Below, in pieces: positions 29,769-37,131 of a stretch of DNA of 64,000 nt (its first letter is position 1; every line of letters starts with the position of its first letter). The position numbers and the translations under genes are program-made. The DNA lies in assembly GCA_046570105.1 (NCBI GenBank), contig JBKHVI010000002.1:1-64000 (forward strand). Reading direction: 5' to 3'. Origin of the DNA: Bacteriovoracia bacterium (GTDB lineage Bacteria > Bdellovibrionota > Bacteriovoracia > Bacteriovoracales > Bacteriovoracaceae). Under the pieces are notes generated by a model that saw only the letters and a list, made by a program, of their open reading frames with translations, did not search any database and was not told the DNA's origin.

Positions 29769-31162
29769 GTCGCCTCTCCCATGAGTCCGTGGAGATTGGC
29801 CATAGAAATACCAGAGAGCATGGCACCGACAATCCCTAAGAAGCCTTGATCAGTTCCGATAATAAAAAGATTATCCACTGGTGTGCGGCCATCGCGGGTT
29901 TTATCAATGGAGCCATAAACTGTGCCATCAAGATGCCAGGTATAGCGCTCGATGGTGGTAGGAGAAAACACATCGGTAAAACGTAACTCACCATTAAATT
30001 GAGGATAGAGCTTTTTCAATAGATCACGCGCGCTCTGGGCGACTTCTGCTTTCTTTGCTTCATAAGGTGTGCGCTCAAGCTCACGCCACTGAGAATAATT
30101 CGCCATATAAGTGATGCGAAGAGTGCCTTCGCCTTGGCGGTTCGCTATTTCGTAATTATCTGGCAAACACACCACCGCTGATTGAGCATCAAAGTAATTC
30201 TCAGCAGGACGATACTTGTATTGATTTGCGTTGTTGTAGAAAACAATGGTCTCGGGTGTTTCGATCTTACGATCAAACACAAAAATGCTCTCGAGAAAGG
30301 TCATCTTCCCCACACGAGGTTTGACCGCAAAAAGATTATCCTCCAGGCGCAGAACTGTTTCAGGCAGACCCATGCTAGAGAAAATTTTAGGCGCCATCAG
30401 TTCTTCGCCACTATCGAGCTTTACGCCAATCGCTTTTGACCCATCAGTTAGGATTTTTCCAACTGATGCTTTAAAGCGCAGCTCTCCGCCACACTCGAGA
30501 TATTTATCGACTAAAAGTTTAATGATACGACGGACGCCCCCTTCGGGACGAGCAAAGCCTTCAAAGTAAAGTGACTTGAACATAATCACAAACTGCGCGA
30601 AATCCATATCTTCTTCCCACGCCGATCCATAGATCAGCAACGGGCACAGAATCATCTCGAGAAGCATTGGATCAGTGATGATCTCAGCCAATCGCGCGCG
30701 GGTTGATTGATAACCAAGTGACAGATCAAGTTCATTGAACTCACGAACGATGTTCACAAGTTTTGCAAATTCATCTTTTTGATGCGGAAACTGATCAGCG
30801 ACTTCGCTACTCAACAACTCAAAGTCGTTTGAGAATTTCAATTGATGATCAGGAAAATGAATCACTGAATGTGTCTGGGGATGAAGTTTAAAATCATCCC
30901 ATGAGAGACGCAGTTGTTTGAGAAGTTTAGAGAAGGGTTTGCCCTTCTCACCTTTTTTAATGAAATTGGTGAGGGCATGGAGTCCCACATCAAATTGGCG
31001 AATACCGCCCTCTTCAAAATTTCGTCTTTGGTAATAAGAGTTGAGTCCACCGGGAATGCTGTGCTTTTCAAGCACAACAACGCGCTTACCAAACATGGCA
31101 AGACGAATCCCGGCGGCCAAACCTGACATGCCGGCCCCGATGATAATCGCATCATGGGCCAT
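29765..31162 (-). CDS. CrtI/phytoene-desaturase-like FAD oxidoreductase (paralogue B)
   Basis: IIGAGMSG...LEKHSIPGG; FSPTTIERYT; lies between ACP and oleA, with an ATGA overlap. Confidence 0.88.
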   Translation of the reverse strand: MAHDAIIIGAGMSGLAAGIRLAMFGKRVVVLEKHSIPGGLNSYYQRRNFEEGGIRQFDVGLHALTNFIKKGEKGKPFSKLLKQLRLSWDDFKLHPQTHSVIHFPDHQLKFSNDFELLSSEVADQFPHQKDEFAKLVNIVREFNELDLSLGYQSTRARLAEIITDPMLLEMILCPLLIYGSAWEEDMDFAQFVIMFKSLYFEGFARPEGGVRRIIKLLVDKYLECGGELRFKASVGKILTDGSKAIGVKLDSGEELMAPKIFSSMGLPETVLRLEDNLFAVKPRVGKMTFLESIFVFDRKIETPETIVFYNNANQYKYRPAENYFDAQSAVVCLPDNYEIANRQGEGTLRITYMANYSQWRELERTPYEAKKAEVAQSARDLLKKLYPQFNGELRFTDVFSPTTIERYTWHLDGTVYGSIDKTRDGRTPVDNLFIIGTDQGFLGIVGAMLSGISMANLHGLMGEAT

Positions 31163-31167
31163 GTCAG

Positions 31168-31413
31168 TTACTGCATCTTAGGTGTGAGGTAGCTCACGCA
31201 AGAGGCCATGGTGGCAAGCTTCGGATAGTCTTCAGCTGGCACTTCAACCTTGTGGCGCTTACGAAGTTCCATGACGATATCCAAAAAGTCCATTGAATCG
31301 AGATCGATTTGCTCGCGCAATGAAACTTCGTCTTTGATTCCTGCCAAATCTTCATCTGGAGCGATGTCGCTGATGATATCGAGAACAACTTGGCGTACTT
31401 CATCTGTAGTCAT
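31168..31413 (-). CDS. acpP: Acyl carrier protein
   Basis: Acidic 81-aa protein; LDSMDFLDIVMEL phosphopantetheine Ser; AAGGAG RBS. Confidence 0.93.
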   Translation of the reverse strand: MTTDEVRQVVLDIISDIAPDEDLAGIKDEVSLREQIDLDSMDFLDIVMELRKRHKVEVPAEDYPKLATMASCVSYLTPKMQ

Positions 31414-31423
31414 GAACTTCTCC

Positions 31424-32659
31424 TTAAACGTCAAACTTCTTAACAATTAAAGCTGAATTGATACCCAACATCCCAAATGAGTTGTTGAGAATAGTTTTTA
31501 CTTCTTTTTTGATTGGCGTGTGCAGCACTAATCCCGGAATTTCACAGGCCGGATCAAGCTCTTGCACATTGATACCTGGGTGAACTTGGCCATCCCAAAG
31601 CGATGGAATATTACCTGCGAGTTCAAGCGATCCAGCGGCACCCATCGAGTGGCCGATGTGCCCCTTGGTGAAATTCACCGATGTCTTATTTGATTCTGAA
31701 AACGCCACACGTACTGCTTCTGATTCAGAAATATCACCGGCGCCTGTGCCTGTGGCATGCATATTTAAAATATCAATATCGGCCGGCTTCATTCCGGCAC
31801 GACGAAGAGCTAAGTGCATGCACTGCACTTGGCGCTCAGGATTGGGATTCACAAAATCAGAGGCATCAGAATTGACCGCCCAACCAGCGATCTCAGCAAC
31901 AATATGAGCTCCACGTTTTTGCGCATCTTCTAAGCGCTCAAGCACATAAATGCAGCCACCTTCTGAGATGGCAATACCCGTGCGAGACTTGCAAAGTGGA
32001 CGTGATGATTTGGTGGGATCTTCATGATTAGCAAGCGCACCTTGAGCAGCAAAAGCGGCGTAGATACCAAAGGTCTGCGGTGATTCGGAAACACCTCCGC
32101 AAAGAGCGACATCAACTTCACCTAAAATGAGTTGTTGAGCACCGGCGATGATGCCGACGTTGCCACCAGCGCAAGCTGCACCCAAAGTATAATGCGGTCC
32201 TGTGATGCCCATATTGAGCGTTACTTCACCGGCAGGATTATTGGCAACCGTGCGAGGATTGTGGTGTGGTGACCACAACTTCCAGTCGAGATTATTTTGG
32301 TGCATCTCGAAGATTTCATTTTCAGTTTCCACGTTGCCGTGTTCAGTGATGCCTAAGAAAACACCGACGCGAGATTTATCAACATTTTCCCAATCAAGTT
32401 TGGCGGAAGCTTTCGCTTCATTCGCACACCAAATAGAAATACTTCCGGCGCGCGTACCACGACGACGCATTTTTTTATTTTGATATTTGAATTCATCAAA
32501 TTCACAGAGGCCCGCCACTTGTGAACCCATGTAACGAATCTCTGTGTGTTTTAGTCCAGAGACTCCGTTCAACAAGGCTTCTCGAAAACTCTCCAAAGAA
32601 TTACCATTCGGTGCTGTGAGCCCAATCCCTGTGATAACGATTCTTTGCTGCTGTGCCAT
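31424..32659 (-). CDS. fabF: Beta-ketoacyl-ACP synthase (FabF/FabB-like, divergent)
   Basis: IVITGIG, AACAGG (Cys), NMHATGT (His), KGHIGHSMGAAG (His), NNSFGMLG. Confidence 0.92.
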   Translation of the reverse strand: MAQQQRIVITGIGLTAPNGNSLESFREALLNGVSGLKHTEIRYMGSQVAGLCEFDEFKYQNKKMRRRGTRAGSISIWCANEAKASAKLDWENVDKSRVGVFLGITEHGNVETENEIFEMHQNNLDWKLWSPHHNPRTVANNPAGEVTLNMGITGPHYTLGAACAGGNVGIIAGAQQLILGEVDVALCGGVSESPQTFGIYAAFAAQGALANHEDPTKSSRPLCKSRTGIAISEGGCIYVLERLEDAQKRGAHIVAEIAGWAVNSDASDFVNPNPERQVQCMHLALRRAGMKPADIDILNMHATGTGAGDISESEAVRVAFSESNKTSVNFTKGHIGHSMGAAGSLELAGNIPSLWDGQVHPGINVQELDPACEIPGLVLHTPIKKEVKTILNNSFGMLGINSALIVKKFDV

Positions 32660-32747
32660 ATTTTTCCCTTAGTAAGCGAGGAAAATTATTACCTTGCAGC
32701 GGAAAAGACGTCTAGTTAACAATTATGCTGAGCTTAGGGAAATGACA

Positions 32748-32778
32748 TTGCACACAATCGATTTCTCCCTGGTATAGT
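32748..32778 (+). promoter_or_regulatory. Candidate sigma70 promoter of the histone gene
   Basis: TTGCAC (32748-32753), 19-nt spacer, extended -10 TG-G-TATAGT (32770-32778). Confidence 0.4.
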
Positions 32779-32818
32779 GAGCGCTTATTTAAACGATTTA
32801 GTGAACGGGAGAGACCCC

Positions 32819-33217
32819 ATGGAAAACCTTATCGTCATTTCGAAAGTTAAAAAGTTCATCAAAGAGAAGGCAGATTTCAATACTTCTGCTGGCTTCTTTG
32901 AACCATTGAACGAGGATGTGGTGAAAAGCTGTCGTGACGCTGTGGCGCATGCACAAAAGCTTGGCCGCAAAACTGTTATGGGCAAGGACTTCAACCTCTA
33001 CGTAGAGGGCAAAGAAAATGAAGAAGCTCTGGTAGTCACGAGCAAAGTTAAAAAACTCATCAAGGACGAAGCAGGGCTTTCAACCTCTTCTCAGGCGATC
33101 GAGCAATTAACAGTACGAGTTCAGACTATTTGTATGAAAGCGATTGAAAACGCGAAAGCCGATCGCCGTAAAACAGTTATGGACCGTGATTTCACAGCTC
33201 CAACGACTTTGACCTAA
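32819..33217 (+). CDS. Bacterial histone: tandem doublet of two Bd0055/HBb-like folds
   Basis: Two internal repeats, LIVISKVKKFIKE..NTS..RKTVMGKDF and LVVTSKVKKLIKD..STS..RKTVMDRDF; GGAGAG RBS before ATG 32819. Confidence 0.9.
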   Translation: MENLIVISKVKKFIKEKADFNTSAGFFEPLNEDVVKSCRDAVAHAQKLGRKTVMGKDFNLYVEGKENEEALVVTSKVKKLIKDEAGLSTSSQAIEQLTVRVQTICMKAIENAKADRRKTVMDRDFTAPTTLT

Positions 33218-33220
33218 ATT

Positions 33221-34609
33221 TCATTCGGGGAGAGCTTCGGTTCTCCCCGCTCTGATCGCACTCATCAACAAAAAGCTCAAGAGACACACAATCACCGTCA
33301 CAATGACGGGCGCTTCCCATTCAAAGACAAAATGACCTAAGAACCAGGTGATAAGGCTTGAGCCCATCGCCACCACCGCCGTGAGTTCATCACCTAATTT
33401 TGAGAAGAGCGCAAAACTCACCATCACTAAAATAGTGGGTCCGCCGAGACTTGAAGCGGTTTCCACTAACTCGGTGACTGAGTCCGAACTAAAAGCGATG
33501 AGATAAGCGGCAATTCCGCTGATAAACACTCCGGTGCGTGCCATGAAGACGCGTTTTTCATCATTAAGTTTCGGATAGCGAGGAAAAATTAAATTATGAG
33601 TCGCTAAGGCCGAAATCGCCAAAAGAGTTGAATCCACCGTGGAGAGAATCGCTGACACCAGGGCCCCTACGAAAACAATATAAAGAAAAAAGCCTAAATG
33701 TTTTTTCGCCAACAAAGGCATGATGGTGTCTGAATCGGCCAGTTCAGGATGATAGACATGGCCCAAGAGACCAATCCCTACCGGCATGAGCCCCACTAAG
33801 AGATAAATAATTCCTGCCCGCCAAGATGAATGAAACGCCACATGACCTGAGCGCGAGGCCGACATGCGCGAAACTAATTCCTGACTCATCAGAGAGCCTA
33901 AGAGTGGAATGAGCCACATCTCCCATCTGGCCGCCCAACTCATCTCTTTACTCATGGAAAAAAAATCCAGACTCTTGGGTTTAATTTGTGCGGCGGCCGG
34001 GGCGACGCCCCCCATATCCATCACCATCGCCCAAAATAAAACGATCAATCCCACAATCAAGGCCGAGCCTTGAATCAGATCGGTATAGGCATCAGCGAGA
34101 AGACCACCTGAGATGGTATAGGTAATCACCACCAGTGCAGCTATGGTCACAGCAACAACCACTCCGTAATCAGTGGTGGCATGAATGATTTGTCCGAAGG
34201 CGCGGATTTGAGCGCCCGCCCACACCAGACTCGACGGAATCATAATGAGAGCGCCTAAGATTTCAGCACGAGCGCCAAAACGGGTGCGAAAGAGATCGGG
34301 AATGGTGGTGATTTTTTTATTCCACAGAATTCGCGCGAAAATAAAACCCATCAAAAAAATGCAAAGGGCATAACCAAAGGGATCAGCATGAGTGCCGCTG
34401 ATTCCCTCACGATAAACTTTGCCCGAAGTACCAATACAGGTTTCAGCTCCAAACCAAGTAGCAAAAATCGAGAAAGTCGCGAGGAATGGCCCCAGAGAGC
34501 GGCCTGCAAGGAAGTAGTCGGTATCGTTTTTAATACGCTTAGAAACGATATGCCCCAAAATAAGCATGCCTAATACGTAAATACTAATGCCGACCAGTTC
34601 CCAATTCAT
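33221..34609 (-). CDS. Sodium:solute symporter family protein
   Basis: DYFLAGRSLG, ATWFGAE, YTISGGLLADAYTD, SAILSTVDS; about 13 TM helices. Confidence 0.93.
   Translation of the reverse strand: MNWELVGISIYVLGMLILGHIVSKRIKNDTDYFLAGRSLGPFLATFSIFATWFGAETCIGTSGKVYREGISGTHADPFGYALCIFLMGFIFARILWNKKITTIPDLFRTRFGARAEILGALIMIPSSLVWAGAQIRAFGQIIHATTDYGVVVAVTIAALVVITYTISGGLLADAYTDLIQGSALIVGLIVLFWAMVMDMGGVAPAAAQIKPKSLDFFSMSKEMSWAARWEMWLIPLLGSLMSQELVSRMSASRSGHVAFHSSWRAGIIYLLVGLMPVGIGLLGHVYHPELADSDTIMPLLAKKHLGFFLYIVFVGALVSAILSTVDSTLLAISALATHNLIFPRYPKLNDEKRVFMARTGVFISGIAAYLIAFSSDSVTELVETASSLGGPTILVMVSFALFSKLGDELTAVVAMGSSLITWFLGHFVFEWEAPVIVTVIVCLLSFLLMSAIRAGRTEALPE
33226..33249 (+). terminator. GC-rich hairpin with a cUUCGg tetraloop just after the histone stop (terminator or 3' stabiliser)
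   Basis: CGGGGAGAGC-TTCG-GTTCTCCCCG: 10-bp stem with one G-U pair; no U-tract. Confidence 0.55.
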
Positions 34610-34657
34610 GAACCTATCGCATCAATTTCTTAATCTCTTGTAAACTAAAAACTCATT

Positions 34658-35182
34658 TCATTTCTGTTTGATCCAAATGAGCCCTCGAAATTGGCCCAAC
34701 TTAAAACCAATTGCTTGGTCTGTTGGATAAAGCTCAGAGATTTTAGTCTTGAGCTCACCAGCAAGCACTTCACCATGACAAGTTAGACATTGCGGGCCGA
34801 CATAAAGTGGCTCGAGATAGGCTTTTTTACCATTGGAGAAAATGTGGATTTGCGCTTTACTCGGATTCTTCGCATTAGATTTTTGAAACTCGCTTAAATA
34901 AGGTGCCATCCAATCCTGAGTCTTGTTTTCTAAATTGCGAATTTTATGAGAACTACGACCGAATTCATATTTACTCACATCTGCACCGGCCGCCTCTTTC
35001 GCAATCGGCTTTACCTGCAAATGACAAAATGAGACTGCAGCGACTGCCCCCTCACTAGACATTTTCTTAGTTAATTGAGTCACAAGATTCATTTTTAAAC
35101 GTTTAGCCAGTGACTTTGCCTCTGTTTCAAATTCAGCGGCATTCACTGAAAACGAGAACAAAACTAAAACGATAAACCTCAT
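34658..35182 (-). CDS. Periplasmic c-type cytochrome, DUF3365/Tll0287-like
   Basis: Signal peptide; CLTCHG; YPTDQAIGFKLGQFRG. Confidence 0.85.
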   Translation of the reverse strand: MRFIVLVLFSFSVNAAEFETEAKSLAKRLKMNLVTQLTKKMSSEGAVAAVSFCHLQVKPIAKEAAGADVSKYEFGRSSHKIRNLENKTQDWMAPYLSEFQKSNAKNPSKAQIHIFSNGKKAYLEPLYVGPQCLTCHGEVLAGELKTKISELYPTDQAIGFKLGQFRGLIWIKQK

Positions 35183-35373
35183 ATGCTTCCTTTCTCTAGA
35201 ACTTCTAGGTCAGTTTATAGTCTACAAGATTGTTTTATCATGTAAAAAGCATGTTTATTTTCTCAATGGCAGTCCTTCCCTGCCATGATCCAACTCAGCT
35301 TTGTTAGGCTTTGGTCAAGATTTCATTTCCCACCTGCTGAAATAAGTTAGCTTTGTGATAATTTTCTCGGCAT

Positions 35374-35928
35374 ATGCGCCTCATTCAAATCTTGCTTCTT
35401 GTCTGCCTTACCAGCACTGTTTTCGCTAAAGACGAAATCTGGTTACGTACCACTGCCACATTTAAATACAAAAAAATTCGCTTTCGTCCTGAGCAACAAC
35501 ACCGCATGACAGTGGATGGAAAGCTGAAGAGTAACGTTTATCGACTCTCCATGGTCAAAAAATTAAAACCTGTCAGATTGATTGGTGCTATCGGTTCATT
35601 TAATCGTTATAAAAAAGATCCTGAGACTCGCTTGAGCTTTGGTCTCTCCCAAAAATACCATCGCCTGGTTTATGAACAACGTTTTATCGAAGACGAAACT
35701 AAGTCCCGCATGCGCTATCGCACGCGCGTAAAGCTGATTAAGCATATTGCCGTTTATCAGGAAGTTTTTTACGAGCCCAAGCTCGATCAGCTTAATGAAT
35801 GGCGCTTAGGCGCTACCATCAGTAAAAACTTTGGTGATATCGAAGGTCTTTTTCGCCTCAGTGTCATCATGGAGTCAGAAAAAGAGCCCACCGATGTGCT
35901 GCTCTTTGGCCTAAATTATAAGCTATAG
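35374..35928 (+). CDS. Putative outer-membrane beta-barrel (DUF2490-like)
   Basis: Signal peptide; EQRF and RMRYR motifs; alternating residue pattern ending in GLNYKL. Confidence 0.6.
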   Translation: MRLIQILLLVCLTSTVFAKDEIWLRTTATFKYKKIRFRPEQQHRMTVDGKLKSNVYRLSMVKKLKPVRLIGAIGSFNRYKKDPETRLSFGLSQKYHRLVYEQRFIEDETKSRMRYRTRVKLIKHIAVYQEVFYEPKLDQLNEWRLGATISKNFGDIEGLFRLSVIMESEKEPTDVLLFGLNYKL

Positions 35929-35953
35929 AAAAAATCTCTGATAGACTCTAAGT

Positions 35954-36295
35954 ATGTCTCAAAACAAGTGGCAGTTCGAATTTTTACCAAAAGATAAAGT
36001 GCCCTCTCTTTCTTCAGCTTATGGGCTTCTTTTTTTATTTGGGCCATTGGGTTTTCATCATTTCTATTTAGATAGAAAGAAAAATGGTTATTGGCTTCTC
36101 ATTTTAACAGCTATTCAACTTGTTATGCTTCTTACCCCCTTATTCCCATTTCTGGTAAAATATGGCGTCACTGAAAGATTCTATTACGGCATTTGCCTTA
36201 TGCTTGCTTTGGCCATCGGCTGTATATTAATTTGGGATATCTTCACTTTGCCTTCGGAAATTCGAAAACGAAACGGTATTAATTCTCTTTGGTAA
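35954..36295 (+). CDS. TM2-domain membrane protein
   Basis: AYGLLFLFGPLGFHHFYL; WDIFTLP. Confidence 0.85.
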   Translation: MSQNKWQFEFLPKDKVPSLSSAYGLLFLFGPLGFHHFYLDRKKNGYWLLILTAIQLVMLLTPLFPFLVKYGVTERFYYGICLMLALAIGCILIWDIFTLPSEIRKRNGINSLW

Positions 36296-36489
36296 ACCTC
36301 TTGCTCTTCTCATTCTTATCCCCTCTGTGACATATGCCCATTTCATTTCAAAACAATTTATCTGTTTGAATTAGGCACATATCCAAAGTTGAGAGTATCA
36401 GAGCTAATTTGTTTCAATTCAGACAAACACACTTATCCCAAATCAGTAATCCTATATTGTCTAAGCTAGTCCGTGATAGCGACCATCTG

Positions 36490-37131
36490 ATGAATAAACA
36501 AACTGAACTCAATATCTTTAAAGGCCAGCGCGGAGGACGCCGTCCCGGTGCAGGCAGAAAACGCAAACATTCACGCGGAGTAGCACATCGAGTACGTGAA
36601 AGGGTGCTTCAAAGGCATGCACTTCATGTGAACTTCAAATACAAGACTTTGATTCGTCATAAACGTGGGCTTCAAATTTTGAAAAGGGCCATTATGAATG
36701 CTCGCGAGAAGGGCCTCAAGATAGTTCATTTCTCGATGCAGACAAATCACATCCATTTGATCCTAGAGGCACAAGACAACGCCGCACTCACTCGTGGTAT
36801 GCGATCCTTGACTGTGACTTTTGCTAAGGGAATGGGAAGAGGACGTATTCAAGTGGCACGTTATCATTTACATGTTTTGAAGCATTTAAGAGAAGCACGT
36901 AATGCACTTCATTATGTTCTATTTAATGAGCAGAAACATAGAGGCCTGAAAAAGGCATATATCAATGAGTACTGCTCTCTAGGAGACATTAAAGACCTAA
37001 AAAAGCTAGCACATGATGCGAAGATGCTAATTTATCAAACCGGAATCAAGGCTGGCATCAATCTCGATAGGCCAAAGTGCTGGCTTCTAACTACTCTCCT
37101 ACCGCCAACCCCTCGCCACGTGGATCACTGA
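36490..37131 (+). mobile_element. RAYT-like Y1 HUH tyrosine transposase (IS200-related)
   Basis: GGRRPGAGRK N-terminus; HFSMQTNHIHLILE (HUH); RYHLHVL...YVLFN (catalytic Tyr); start at ATG 36490. Confidence 0.8.

Noticed and set aside
16702..31162. Carotenoid biosynthesis, suggested by two phytoene-desaturase-like genes
   Set aside because: No crtB, crtE or crtY in the window; both genes are embedded among fab/ACP/ole genes.
16702..32659. Ladderane lipid cluster
   Set aside because: It shares the fab + CrtI-like theme, but the radical SAM and methyltransferase genes associated with anammox candidate clusters are absent here; oleABCD points to olefins instead.
32777..32818. GTG start at 32777 for the histone (146-aa ORF)
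   Set aside because: It overlaps the predicted -10 box; ATG 32819 has an RBS and aligns with the start of the repeat.
35200..35370. Riboswitch in the cytochrome/beta-barrel intergenic region
   Set aside because: One short hairpin only; no aptamer consensus I recognise.
36296..36489. REP/IS-end hairpins upstream of the transposase, and an N-terminal extension from 36409
   Set aside because: Only weak AT-rich imperfect complementarity is present; the extension has no motif support.
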